Shown piece after piece: positions 1 to 14,380 of a stretch of DNA of 64,000 nt (its first letter is position 1; every line of letters starts with the position of its first letter). The translations under genes and the position numbers were made by a program. This DNA is from Rhizophagus irregularis. Lineage: Eukaryota. A model generated the notes under the pieces. It made no database searches and was not told where the DNA came from. It saw only the letters and a list, made by a program, of their open reading frames with translations. The DNA is taken from NCBI RefSeq assembly GCF_026210795.1, contig NC_089429.1:5828001-5892000 (forward strand). Direction: 5' to 3'.

Positions 1-1659
1 CAAGATTCAGATTCAGTTACAGGATCATTACTTAGATTGAACAAGAAACTAGCAAGAAATAATAGGCAAATATGAAAAGAGCAATTAGGTTTACTAGTGA
101 ATATCTTTTTAGAAGTTCTCAAGGGTCACTGACATCTAAAATCAAAGAAGCTATGTTCAATATGTATATGTTTTGAGAAACACAAACTCCTGTCAATAAA
201 TACAAATTCTAAAGAGTCAAAAGGCAAATTTTATATACTGAACACATGAATGCAGAATACTCTATATTGATTGGACAGAGTTATATGCTTATGCTATGAA
301 AACAATAAACTTAGTAATATTCTTAGGAATATATTGATGATAAACTTATCCATATTTAGAGATCAAATCATAATATAATTAAACTATGATTGCAAAAATC
401 AGAAGAATATCAGTTAGAATAAATACAAGTATATCATCTAACTTATAGTATTACTCTTTCAGTTTCTCAAAAGCACATCCATATGTCCACTGAAAAACAA
501 CACCAGCCTAACAAAGACCAAACAAAGAAAGAAACTGAACATCTATGCAACAGGGAATGCATTTCCCCTTTTTTTGAATTACTAGTTCATATATTTTCCT
601 CCTTTTCAAATTTCTGGTTCAGATATTATCCCCATTTTCAATAAAATATTTCAAGGATGGCTACAAATCATCATACTGGCAAGAAGTGCTGATGATGCAA
701 TATTAAACTTTTTAAAGCGTGTTTATTGCTTTTTAAATGAAAATTCATATAATAGTATATTAAATAATTTCTTATATAATAATACAAACTAGAACTTATT
801 ATATTTTTCTGATTTTAAATTAGCTAATCTCAAACACTATTTCAACTTCAAAGAATTAATTCAATATACTAATAATAGAAATTAAATACAAATACATAGT
901 TACTGGTAAATTCATTTATTACCATTACCAACTCTCAATCATTAACTTCCTCTCCTAACCTGGAAAAATCCTTTGGCCAGTCAAGTTATTAGTAATGATT
1001 GATGAATCAGAAGTTGTTGAATGATTAATATTATCTTATTTTTTTCAACAACTACAATACAACAAATTATAATAACAATTGACAGAAGTTATTTAAAATA
1101 TTACAGCTAATATTAAAGTGATGCTTAAATTTATTTCCCATAAAATAGAATGGACTATCTTTATTAGAATACAACAAGGATTAAAAAAGTATATCATTTT
1201 AATACAATTCATTAAGCTTTTTTTACAATTTACACATTAATGATATAAAAATAATAATAACTTCAAACAATGGAATTTTATTGAAAGAGAATTTTAGCAA
1301 CAAAAAAAACTTAAATCAACTTTGCAATTTTTTAACATATGGCAAGTTGATAGAGTGCTTATTAAATAAGCTGATAGAATTTTATCACATTTTCAATTTG
1401 ATAACAATTATTTGCATAAATCACTAAACAAACAAACAAATAATATAAATACATATGTACCTGCTTTTGAAGTGACAGAACTGGTAGCAGAAATAAATAG
1501 TGAAAATAATGAAAGCAAACAAAGTGAGGAAGTCGATGAAATTGTTATTGGAGAGGAAGGGGATACAATGATAATTCAAATCAACCAATTATCCAAATAA
1601 CATATTGACCCATTAAAAAAGTGTTAAAAGAGAGCAAAAATAAAATAAGAACACAAATG

Positions 1660-2530
1660 GATTCTTACCATGTTTCTCTCAATAAACCATAGTTTATCTC
1701 TGCTTATTCAAACAATGGTTATTCTTCATCATGGATCATATGGACATTAAGTAACTTCTATATATGCATATATTCCACATAAATAATTATAGTTTACAAA
1801 ACAAATTTTATAGTTTCTTTTTCACATTTCCTCTCTATATTCCTTAGACATCATAGTGAATAATAGTGGAAAGTTTCTTAAAAAATAGAGTGATTTAAAC
1901 AACACATTTAATCACATGTCATTACTATTAATAAAAATCAATGATTTAGGTTATCAAATAGTAAAAATTTTAATATAATATAATATATGATCAAATTAAT
2001 CAAGAATCATACTCAACGAACTACTCACTTAAGATGTGCATAACTTTAACCTAATAGATTGTCCATTCACTTACCTCTTATCATCACAACTTTTTGAATT
2101 TCAAAACACAAATAATCCATTTCCAATAGCTAGACACATTTAATCTGATACCCAAGTGCCTAATGTTAATTTTTATAACATAATAGTTCTGAACTACAAT
2201 TTTCCTGATGAAGTTTATAATGAGGATAATCAGAACATGAAAAGTGTATGATGTGGAGATGTATCACTTCTTGGCAAACTGGCTTAAATGCTCTTACAGT
2301 ATTGAAGTCATTAGTCAGTGTGACATCTGGTATATGTTGGGCTGATGGTAATTACCATCATTCTTACTGTGATCTCATCCTAAAACATACGGATCAGAGC
2401 CCTTTCATTATACCAGATATTCAGATTAATGGCAGTCTTTCATTCAAGAATTAGATACCAATTCCAACTCATGATTCTAACTTAGAACCATTATTATTCC
2501 CATGTATTTACAGATGGGAAGGCTGTATGT
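1660..2530 (+). mobile_element. Degenerate Helitron-like (Rep/PIF1 helicase) protein remnant
   Basis: Broken frames read PFPIARHI*SDTQVPNVNFYNIIVLNYNFPDEVYNED, then FRLMA.., then IPTHDSNLEPLLFP(fs)TDGK. This resembles, from memory, the LEPLLFPxxFxDGxG motif upstream of the Helitron helicase-like domain in Glomeromycotina. Many stops and frameshifts; boundaries approximate. Confidence 0.4.
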
Positions 2531-5500
2531 TCTATTGTGAATTTCAGACATGATTCTGAAAAGAAGATATAAGGAATTATTGAATATCTATAATTAAATA
2601 TTTAAAAATACATGAACAGAAAAGACAATATATTATTTAATTTTATAATTTAAAAAAAAATTGTTACAAATAAAAAATATGTATTAAAATAATAATATTA
2701 AAATTAATATTGCATAATTATATAATTTAATTAATATCATATAATTATATGTGGGTTCCATGGTCACCTGATAAAGAAAATACACCAATCAGCAAATATT
2801 GCACAATCTGAGGAACCAATTATTATTTCCCTCAATGCAAAAGCCACACCTTTTACTCCTAGAGGAAAGAACAGGCGAGTTTCTTATGCAGAGATAGTTA
2901 GGGGCGTGCCAGAAATCAGCTGATTTCTCTCAATTAGTAGCCTTATTTGAAAAATCTGTATATCCTTCACAGGATGAATACAGATTGGCGACTGAAAAGT
3001 ATTTAAAAGATGAAAACCCGAAGGGCCAACAGCAACAGCTCCAATAACAACAACAACCCAGGAAGTTCAACCTTCGTTCCAGCTAGTCTCTGAGCTGAAT
3101 GAAGCAAAAAAGTGGTGGAAAAATACTAACTTATGATGAAATTAGAAGTAGGGCTGCGCAGTCGGCTAAGAATGATACGTTTTTAAATAATATCTACCTA
3201 ATGAGTCAAATTGACCACTCGACAGTGCACACGCGGGGTACAATTATGTATGATGAGTGGTTTGTGATTTAATATTATTAGAGTAGTCAAAGACATCTTC
3301 CAAATTTGCATCTTCACAAAAGATACCCATACAGTATCTTTTTCTAGATACCTACTGGTGAATTCTATAGATTTCTTTGATCATTATGATTTTTATTTGA
3401 GATTGTTACACGGTGGTGGTCTCTAAATGAAGACAGACGTAAAATATGTACATACACATATTTATATACACGTATGACATTGCCGGAAAAAAAAAGAAAA
3501 TGAATAAAATTAATTGACTGGCAGAAAAGAAAAAGGATTAATTGTTAAATTTTTATTATTTTTTTTTATTTTTACTTCTACTTTATATATTTCTTTTTCT
3601 TTTATTTTTTTTATTTTTTTATTATATTTCAATTAATAAAATATTTGAACTATTGATTTTGATACAATGCCTGCTATAGCGGTATAAACATTATGGTAAC
3701 AGGGGTGACTACATAAACAGTTAAGAACATAGATGGAAAGTCAGTTCTTGACTTTTGATAGAAGGAAATCTGAAGGAAAAAAAACTGAAAGATTTTTGTT
3801 AGAAATGAGACACAATGCAAACATTAGTTACTAAGCTAATAAAACAAATTTTTTTGTAAATTTTTTAAAAATATGGTTTTTATTTTTGTAAAAAGAAACC
3901 TGATTTTATTTTATACATTTATTTATATTTATTTAGATGAAACAGCTTTTTTTTTAATTAAAAATAATGTATATGTTTATTTCAAATTTTAAACATATGA
4001 ATTTAGGGAATAGTTTTTTAAGGGGGAGAGAATTATTTTTTGGCTTGTACATTACTACATTTTTTTTTTAAAAAAAAAAACAATTAAAAGAATATTTTAA
4101 TTGATGTAAGAAATTTTTTCTTTAATTTAATTGTAAAAATAGTAATTTTTTGAAGATTCAAAAGATAATGGGCTTCAAAAATTCAATTTAAAGATTCAAT
4201 TCTTTTATTAAAATTTTTTTTTAATTTGATAAAAGATATCTAAATTTTTTTTTTTGATAATATAATAAAGTGACTTGTTTATTATTTTGAGAATTTTTTT
4301 TATTGAGCTACAAAATATTTGTTATATATATTTTATATTTGTATTATATTGTCCAACTCATTTATTTATGTATTATTATTTAACAAACGAAAAAAAGATT
4401 TTTTTTTTATCCCGTACAGCTGGTGCAACACGCCCATCAAAGCTAATTTGATATCGTTTACAGGCGAATCTAAGGGACTAAGAAAAAAAAATTTAAGTTG
4501 CTTTCTTATTTTTATTTTTATTTTTTTAAAAAAAGAAAACAATTAATAGTAATTGATTAATGTTAAAGAAAAGGAGGAAAAAAAGTGAATAAAATCAAAA
4601 AATAAAAAAAAATAAAACTATTAGTAATCAAAAAAAAAAAATGAGGATGGGGAAAAAATCATAACTATCTACCGGAATCTGCATTATTTTAAAATTTCTC
4701 AATCTACATTTTTCAACGAAAAAAAAATTAATTATAATATATCATGTACGAAAGAAATTTGAAATATCAACATAAAACGGCACATACATTTTTTATTTAT
4801 GAGTTCCCAGTTAAAAGATGAAAAGAAAAAATTGAAAAAAAAATTAACTAAAAAATATATTTTTGCTTTGAAACATACCTACCAAAAGTCTAAAGAAGTT
4901 AATTGAAGCTTGATAACTAAAAAAAAAACTAAACAAAAAAAAATTCCCCCAAAGTAAAAGGAATCAAACCTAATATCTATAGATAGCATATGAACTGATT
5001 GATGAATGATTGATAACCGATTGGTTGCCAATTGTTACTGTAAAATCAAAATGATTATGATAGAATAATCGAAATTTTGGTCATTTTTTAATGTCTTTAA
5101 ATAGAACGAACAATTTTTAAAAATACCAGAATTTTACGAGAGAATGATTATTAATTTTTATATTATCTTATTTTGCCATAGAATGATTGGATATAAATTT
5201 ACCGATCAAATGGCAATTCGCAGGTGATCTTATTAAAAAATAAAAAAGTATAAGACTTTTGATATGATGAGTTGTGGGTGAACCTTGGTGTCAAATTCAA
5301 CATTAAGAAACGAACAGAGCGAACAAATTTTAATGTTAACGTTAAAAATAAAATTTGTGCTCGCCAGGTATTCCTTTTGGATGACGATCATCATTTAGTC
5401 ATGCTTACATAACTACATAACCCAATTTTCCATTGTCTCAAAATCTTTCCTTTTTTAATGTTTTAATGCCATTGTACCCATCTAACAACTAATCTTTTTT

Positions 5501-5999
5501 GTTTTCAATAAATAATTTAAAATAAATTTATAATCATTCGCAATTATTTTGATAAAAAAAAAATATTATAATAACTAAACGAAATTCTTACGAGCATATT
5601 GTAGAATTCATGCATAAATTTTATAAATAAAGTTTATTGCGTTAACAATTTAATCCGAGTCAAGCTTGGCGGGGCTCGAGTCACTCGAGCTCTACTCGAG
5701 CGTCTTTTATCATATTTGTCGTATTTATTCTACTCGATTAAATACTTTAATAGGAAAATTTGCCCTTAACAAATAGAATTGTTTTATTTATAATATTCAT
5801 TTAACTATATTTTTGTTCAATAATAAAATTTACCGTTAAGTAATTTAACCTTAAACTTACATTTGTTAACTTTTTTGTAATGCTGATTCTTGGCAATTAG
5901 GCTGTAATGCAGTGAAACACGTCAACTTATCACCCGCGCTTATTGATATATTAATGAATTTTCAATATTTTTATATTAGGTCTTTGATGAAATGACAGA

Positions 6000-6219
6000 T
6001 TCTACTCATAAAAAACATCATAGTAATATTTTTAACATATTTTTTGTATGAATTCTTTGTACAAGTATAGTTTTTATTATTATTATTTATAATATATATT
6101 TAAAGATTGATGGTTCATCAAATTTTATCCACAAAAATCACTATAGTAACATTTTAAATATGTGTTTTATATGAATTTTTTGTATTAGTATAATTTATTA
6201 TGATTATTGTAAATATAAT
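6000..6219. repeat. Old direct duplication of about 100 bp (period about 122 bp)
   Basis: 6000-6097 and 6122-6219 share ...ATAGTAA(T/C)ATTTT..ATAT..TTT.TATGAATT.TTTGTA..AGTATA.TT.ATTAT..TTATT. Confidence 0.55.
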
Positions 6220-9200
6220 CCTAATACAAAAATAAGTCTGTTGAAGGAAATCCACCACGGACTACTGGGAGAAGGAGACGAGGAAGAAGTAATTTTATTT
6301 GCCAAAGGGAGGAAACAAAAGTTGCGAAGTTTTTGCACTTCTAGTGCCAGTTTGATGGCCCGCGTTTAATTCCATCTTCTATGAGATTTTCCTCCGTCAG
6401 CAGGTGGGAAAGACAAAGTCATCAATTTTTGTATGTGCAGGAAAATCCTCCTTATCAAGAAATAAGTTTTTCTCTTTTAAAAAGAGATCTTTGGTATAAG
6501 ACATTTTTAATAGTTTTAAGTTATGCAATAACTAATTGACTGAAGCTCATCTTACCTGTTAAAAAACTTGGTATTTAAGAAGTATGAAAGAAGAAGCATG
6601 TATCATCAAGGGAGAAAACATACATTTTATCTCGTATAAAACCCTTGACATTGAACATATATTTATGTTACCATCACGTGACTGCGACGCAAACCCCTGC
6701 AATATTAAGGAATAACGTGGGATAATTATCAAAATCAACATAATAATTATTGTTCGTCAAATAATTAAAATAATATATAAGAATTTAAGATATCCGCTTT
6801 AGAAGCCTATGACTCAAAACCCAGTCCAGCAAATATTAATCTAAAGTTTGGGCCGAGGTTAACGTTATTAATTCTGGTCGGATTTTCTAGTTATTCTGAT
6901 CAAAATTTGACCGTGGATTTTACGAAAAAAAAGCATATTTTATAATTAATTTCCTTCAAAAATCGTGATTATAAACGAGATATAAATATAATTTTATTTG
7001 TATCCATTTAAATCATTAATATTATGTATTTTTATATTCACTTTATATGGTACCTTTGCGACTTCAGTTTGGGATATTTTAAATCAAATGTACTATATAT
7101 GAAAGAAACCTGCGTATAAAGTTTCAAAATTAATAACAAAAGTCACATCGAATAAAGGGTTTGACACATTCCGAGATACTAATAAAACGAATAATTCTTG
7201 ACGTTCGACCTTTTAATATTTTCACATGTTATAAAAAAAAAGACTTATGCAAACAATGATCTTTCACACTGACGACAAAACATTTTAAAATACAATTAGG
7301 GATTTTTGTTGTTTCGAATTTTTTATATTTCGTTTATTATCCTAGCTGTTACGTTTTCACGTTTTAATATCCTTCATAAGTACGAACGGGTTTAACGGGT
7401 TTAATATCGATATCGAATTATAACGGAAACGGAATCGTAGCGGTTGATCACGAATTCGAAGAATAAAAAGAAATGAATATTGAATATTGCTATATAATGA
7501 ATAAATTGACACTTTCTATATACATAAAATATTTGATAAAAAAAATTATTTACATAAATTAAATATATACAATGCAAAATAAATTAAATGAAAATTGAAA
7601 AAGTGAACTGGATATTAAATAAAATAATTAAAATAATTAGTAAAATTTTTTTTTAAAAAAAAAATAAAACGAATATTATAATATAAATATGATATTTACG
7701 TATATGCAGTGTGAGTTTATATACAAAGTGGAAAAAATCGAAAGAATACGATAAAAAACAATTGGTTAAAAATCGATAAAGGAAAGTGTGCGGCGGAAAT
7801 CACGAATTCAAATCTTAAATTTTTAAAATCTTAAAGAAAGCTGAAATCTAAATAGACTTAAAAATTTATATTTGATTTAATTAAAAAATAATTTATTTAG
7901 CACGAAATTAAATAATTTAATTTAACTAACCATGCAACAAACCTTTTCTTAAATCTTAATTGCTTAAATGTTCTTATAAACTTATGGTTGGCATATGGAA
8001 AACATATACAACTTGCAATCAAATAAATTATAGCTGCTTTTTATATTTAATCTGGACTCATGCGCAGTTTTAGGGATACATATTAAATAATATAATGTTA
8101 AATGAGGCATCATGGGGTGTCACATAAATAATAACGCGATGGAAGGTTCCGCGCCTTTATTATTATAACTCATTGAAGATTATTTATTTATAAACATAAA
8201 TAAATAAATTATTTAATAAAAGTAATAAAAGCTGATTAATATAATACTGTATAAGTTTAGTCTATAATGTCTGATGACACAAAAACCGAAATGGCCGTTT
8301 CAATGTATAAATAAAATGATAATTCAGGATATTTGTTTCAAAAATAATTTATTTATTTTCAATACTCGGTATTCACTCATTAGGATAATCTATCAAATCG
8401 ATTTTACGAACGTTCTCAATAAAAATGAAAAAATTCCATCATTCTTTTATTCTTTTGTACTGTAGAATCTTTATAGTGAACGGTTTTTATTGTAATTTTT
8501 CACATTAAGGAATTTTGTTATGATCGTATGATCCGATGTCGGTTCCCTGACTCTGCAGTATCACCTTATTAATGCTTCCATTTGGAAATGTATTTGCGGT
8601 ACTTAGTATGTTCTGTATAATATTAAATCTTTTATCTACTCAAAAACCATCTTTGCAAAATAAATTAATGATCGGCTAATCTAGTCATAATTATCTCTTT
8701 GATTTTATTGGTCTCCTTAAACAATAGCTCATGTGAATTGCAAATCCTAATAACTCGGAGGATAATTTTTCCGTCCGAATGTTTTGAACTTAAAATTTTT
8801 GTACCAATAAAATTCTAAAGTCCGATAAGTCCGATCAACGTATCTACTATTTTATTTTAAAACTGCCAGATCAAAGTTTGAGGCTTCCACCCCTATCATC
8901 ATCTATTGGCCCTTCTCTAATTAATAATATATTCCTTTATATGATAATATACAACAATGTATATTTATGTATATTATTAAGAGTGATTTATATCTTCTTA
9001 AAAAGTAAAAAATGGAGACATCTTTGTTACGGAAATTTTAATGGAATTGACCGACCATTACAAGAGACAAACTAACTAAATCGATAAAAAATTAAATTTG
9101 ATAAAGTTCGATTGGATGACTCAGATTTTTTTCAATACGAAATTTAATCAGATCGCTTTTTAAGATCAATCACATATGGCATAAAGCCACATCGCTATTA

Positions 9201-9589
9201 GATTAGACAATCTCTTCGAGTAATTTTTTTCTATTATCATATTTATCTTTCTCCGCCTCTTCGTTATTATTAAGCCACGTAATTGGCTTTTCTATTGTGT
9301 TTTCAAATTTATCCTTCATATTATCAATGTACTAAATCCAAATATATAATATAAGGATGAAAATTTATAAATATGATCAAACAGAGAAACTTACGCGAAC
9401 TATGCTATGTAAATTATGCGCGTATTTTTTAAAGCCATTTCGTATTTGCATTTTTTATCTTTCTACACGATATTTCTTAGCTTCGGCAACTGTCAGAAAT
9501 TATAACAATATATTATTTATTATATTCAGAAATAAATATTTAAGTTTCATTACGTACCAATGAGCTTCTATTAGCGATGGTACATTTCG

Positions 9590-10706
9590 AATTTTGAGAC
9601 TTTTTTATAGGTAGCGTGTAATTACCCTTAACAAGCGGAGTCATGACACCACCAGAATTCTCGATACCGATAACATAAAATCTCGAGACTTTTTTGAGTT
9701 ATAATTAGATGAAATAGCGGTCTCCACAGTATCATCAGAAGCTGCTGTTTTTTTTTGAGATTAATTGTTTTGTTTAATTCTTTCCCAAAGTTCAGATAAT
9801 TAATTACAGGAGTGCATGTTGAGCTACCAACCAAAGAAATTTCATAAAATTGACTTTTTAATTTTAGCATCTCAAAGTACTTTTTTAATGTTTTAATGCG
9901 GATTGGAAAAAAATCTTGATTTAATTCATCGAATTTGATACGTGTTAAAGAAGTAGATTAGTCGATACAATCGAGAAGGGAAACAACTTCAATGAGAACT
10001 TGAACCGATGAAAATGTACATTTTGATTTTGCACGTCCGTAATGAGATTTAAAACAACAAAGAGTACGTAAGATTTTTCTTAAATTTGCCTTGAAATCTT
10101 GTACGTAATTACTTATAAGACGATTATCGAAGTCCATCATCAAGATGATCGTTCTCGGGTAGCGGCTTCTATTTCAAAAAAATTCTTCATCAAAGTTTAA
10201 GTTACTGCAACAGAAACCAAAGATAAGAACATTTCGTTCTCCAGTAGCTTTCATGATCGTCCCGTTAGCAATAGCAGTCGTAGTTGGGAAATTAATTCAC
10301 GAATCGTTATAGCTTGATATTGAGAAATATTAAGATGTGTTGATAAAGTAATCACAACACTTTTAATTTGTCTGCCAAGGCAATCTTCTAGGATTTCTCT
10401 CATTTTTCCAGTAACATAAATGCAATTTCTTTCGTCTTTGAGAACATGGTACGATTATATAATCTTTCATTCTTAAAGTGCTCATATGATAATATTTGTA
10501 TAAAAAAAAATAATAATTTCTCGATTATTAAATTTTTCAATAGATATAACTCTTTCTTTTTCAACTTGATTAAACCATTTCAGATTGGACGTCAAAATTG
10601 TAGAAACTACGGTCAATAAGACGGTCACCAATAAGAATTACTGAATTAGTGAAAGCAATATATGATGGTGTTGTACGATAATTGTAGTCGTTAATAATAC
10701 CGACAT
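9590..10706 (-). pseudogene. HSP70: Hsp70 (cytosolic SSA-type) pseudogene covering the ATPase domain and start of the substrate-binding domain
   Basis: Minus-strand fragments in the expected order: RTTPSYIAFT..LIGD, RLIDRSF..DVQSEM, KMREILEDCLG, INFPTTTAIANG..KATGERNVLIF, DFDNRLISNYVQDFK, EISLVGSST, GKELNKTIN, GIENSGGVMTPLVKGNYTLPIKKSQ. They match Hsp70 RTTPSYVAF, INEPTAAAIAYG, DFDNRL, LVGGSTR and GIETAGGVMT. Many stops and frameshifts. Confidence 0.9.
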
Positions 10707-11692
10707 AAATTTAATTAGAATGTATAATAATATACTGTATATACCAGCATATTTATTTTTATATTTAATATATTAAATTTTCTTCAAAAGTTGAACAAAA
10801 ATTATTGACAATGGTGTGATTCTGTATTAAAAAAATTATTCCTGAATTTCTCACAAAGTAATTTAATATATATATATATTATTATAAGTTTCTTACGCTT
10901 TTAATTATTTCTTTTTGTAAATGTCCATAAAAAAAAATCATATTAATATAAATAATGCATTGTAAATTTTTATATTAAAAAAAAAAAAAAAAAATTCTTA
11001 TTCTACACTTAAAACATGAACAATTACGGAGATAAGGAAAGATTTGTTCCGCATAACATTATTGATTTTACCTAAATTGTATATCTGATTTTGAAATCAC
11101 AACTTAATAAACTATTCCTTTTTGGATTCCGCCAAAGATCATGATAATGCAGGCCAAAAATTGATCCTAATGCAGGCCGGAATTTTTAAATCGCGATTAC
11201 CCTTTTCGCTTTTTAACAGCGAAGGGTAATGAAATTCCATAAGTATGTTCTAGGCATATAAAAGGAATTACGCAAGCTATAAAAAGGGAACAATAGGATC
11301 GTCGAAATAATACTATATATAATTCGATAGAATAACAAACCTGCAAGAAAACACAAAGATAAGGATCAAAAGACCCATTTTTGTGCCGTTATTGTAAATA
11401 TATTAATAATTTTTTAAATCAGATTATAGAATTAATTAATTTTAATAGTATAATATATTTAAAACACGTCATACATAATTTTAATAATTTTAAAATTTTT
11501 TTCTCACACACAAAAAAAAAAAAAAAGAATCATGAGGATTTTAAACAAAAGAAAGTAGTTTTTTTTTACCAGATCAAAATAATAATTATTTATTTATTTT
11601 AAAAAATATATTACGTTCGGAAATTCCAACAAATGCATGTTGGCGTTTTTTTAAAGATAGGTCATCTGTCATCTTTTGTGGAATAAATGAAG

Positions 11693-11723
<31 letters not shown>

Positions 11724-12339
11724 TGGTCGTCAAAGAAATGGCCAATAAGAACAAATTTAGATAATTTTTTTTTTTTATCTTTCAAAAAAAAAACACAATT
11801 AATATTTATTTTTATTTTATTAAAAGAAAAAAGAATTTTAGAAGCTTATATCATCTATAATCAAAAACCTCTAAAAGTTCACTTTGAACTTTTACGTTCT
11901 AATTGCTACCATATTGTTGTCGCACAGATCTGCATACAATCAGCTATTGTGAATCCACTAAATCCACTCATTATTATTAATTTGGTCTAGATAAGGGGTT
12001 TGTTTAAGATAATAAAATAATGTAACTTCTAATATATTCAATGGATTCTTTATTCCGTAAGAAATTAAAATATGTCCTTTGAAACAAGCCTAAAAACAAA
12101 AACCATCAACGTTTTATTTTAAGGATCGATAAGATGAAATCATATGTTCCACATAAATTATACAATAAAATTACAATCTAATGAAATTATTGGTTTTTGT
12201 TTCGATATATGTACCATATGTACATAAAATAATATTTAAATATCTCACATCCCGTTCAAAATGTTCATAACAAGATAATTTCTTTTTATAATATTTTTTT
12301 TTTACATATATCTTTTCTTGCACCCACTCTCACTTTATA

Positions 12340-13625
12340 ATGTCGACCACGTTTAGCATTCCTAGTAATTTTGCAACATGTCCAAACTGTGAAAAAACAT
12401 GTACTTCAATTCTCTGGTGTGTTAATTGCGACATTGCATATTTGGTAGAAAATTTCAAAAATTGGTCTAGCGGCGATCCAAAATTAGATGACTTTATTAG
12501 ACATACACAAAAGACTGCGAAAGAAACTATGGACTTTCTTGAATGGATCGATTTCTCTCAATTTGACCTTATAAAGTATACTGGAAAAGAAGGATCTTTT
12601 TCTACTATATACACCGCTTTGTGGATGGAAGGTCCATTTTGGAACTGGGATGAAGCTGCAAGTATATGGTCCCGTGGTGGTCCGACAAAGGTTATACTTA
12701 AACGTTTAAATGATTCAAGGGAACTAAGCGATCAGTTCATTAATCAAGTAGGTGTTTAAATTTTTGCTATTAGCCTAGCTTATTTATTTTATTAACAAAG
12801 ATTTTAATATTTTTTTTTTTTTAAAAAAAAAAAAAGCTTTATGATTATTCCAAGTGTTTAAATAACAATACACTTGCAGATTGCTTCGGTGTAACTAGAG
12901 ATAACACATCGAATATTATGTTCGTCTTCAGATATTATAATAAAGGAAATATATATTCCTTCCTCGATTCTTGTAATGAATTACTCTGTTGGAGAGATAC
13001 TGTCGATCTCTTATGGTCAATCGCGTCAGGGATACATAAAATTCATGAACAGGGTCTCATGCATGGTCATTTACACGGAGGTAATATTTTAGTTGAATCC
13101 GAAAGAGATATAATGGACGCAAGGGTATCTGACACCGGTTTACACGGACCACCATTTAACACAAATTCAGAAGGTATCTATGGGGTCGTCCCATTTGTCG
13201 ATCCTGAAATTTTTAAAGGAAGTGAACCAACTCAAGCTTCCGATATTTATAGCTTCGGTATGATCATGTGGACAATATCTGCTGGTGAACGTCCTTATCA
13301 TGATAGGCCACATGATCGTTCATTAATAAATGACATAGTTGCCGGGTTAAGACCAAAACCTGCCGAAGGAACCCCCACTCTTTATATTCAATTAATGGAA
13401 AAATGTTTAAATGCAGACCCACTCAAGAGACCATCAGCATTGGATTTATATATTTTATTTGAAAAATGGGTGGTTGCTATTTGTGATGATCCCGAACCAT
13501 CTGAAATATCAGATCAATTTGATCGAGCAGAAATCGCCAAATTTAGTGATTTTAAGAATTATGGATTAATTCCATTATCACATAAAGGCGCAATCTACCA
13601 CAGTAGAAATCTAAACTTAATTTAA
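12340..13625 (+). CDS. Tyrosine-kinase-like protein with N-terminal CxxC..CxxC module; probable pseudokinase (398 aa, 2 exons)
   Basis: Exons 12340-12747 and 12837-13625; a phase-0 GT-AG intron at 12748-12836 joins ..FINQ|LYDYSKCL.. in frame. Motifs: NWSSGDPKLDDFI, EWIDFSQF, GSFSTIY, KVILKRL, HGHLHGGNIL, SDTG, PFVDPE, SDIYSFGMIMW, C..ADPLKRPSA. Confidence 0.92.
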
Positions 13626-14380
13626 TTCATCAACTTTATCGTTTGTTTACTACATAGGGGTAGAATTTTTGAAACTTTTCGTCAAATCTATTTTTTTATC
13701 TTTTTTTTTTGTTTTAACTTTTCATCAGTCGTAATTTATCTTTATATCTCAAATTATTATTTTTTTTCTTTTTATTGTATTTTATTATTGGGACAAATTT
13801 ATATCTTTATATCTTTTTACAAATAAAGAAGAAAAAATTCTTTAAATAAAAAGGCGAACATTGTTAATTTGTTAATTTTGAAATTGAAGTTGATTAATAC
13901 AATATATAACTGATATCGTGTTTATTTTTTTAAAAAAAATATTTACGTTTTTTTTTTATAGTACATGACGTTATATATTTCAAGGGTGGTTCAGTTAGGC
14001 CAGTTGAACCTGATTGCCAATCAAAACTACATTTCAAATTTAAAAGTATTATAAAGTTATCGTATTGTCTAAAGATCACTATAAGGAAATTTGCAGATAT
14101 CAAACTATTGTAATGGTATTCAGTTAGCTTTGATACATCCGATATCATAATTAGCTTCGTGTAAGACTGAAATGGTTTATATTTTTACATAGCAAAATGT
14201 ACTCAAAATTATTACAAATACAAAATGAAATGAAACTATTGAAAATTATAAAGTAATTCTTTTTGATTTATTAAGAAAAGATGCGTAAATACTAAATATA
14301 CATAAATCAAGAGATTGAATATTAAAAAAAAAAATAACTATCTGCTATGTTAATGAAACTAACTATATAATAATTAAACT

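Noticed and set aside
4319..9563. Short 60-75 aa ORFs rich in F/I/K/L/N/Y (and similar ORFs elsewhere in the window)
   Set aside because: Their composition is what chance translation of AT-rich DNA gives; many have non-ATG starts and none has a motif.
11197..11253. Hairpin TTACCCTTTTCGCT..AGCGAAGGGTAA followed by CTAG, as a possible Helitron 3' end or terminator
   Set aside because: The spacing to CTAG (about 20 nt) is longer than typical, CTAG is not followed by T, no linked 5' end was found, and bacterial-type terminators do not apply here.
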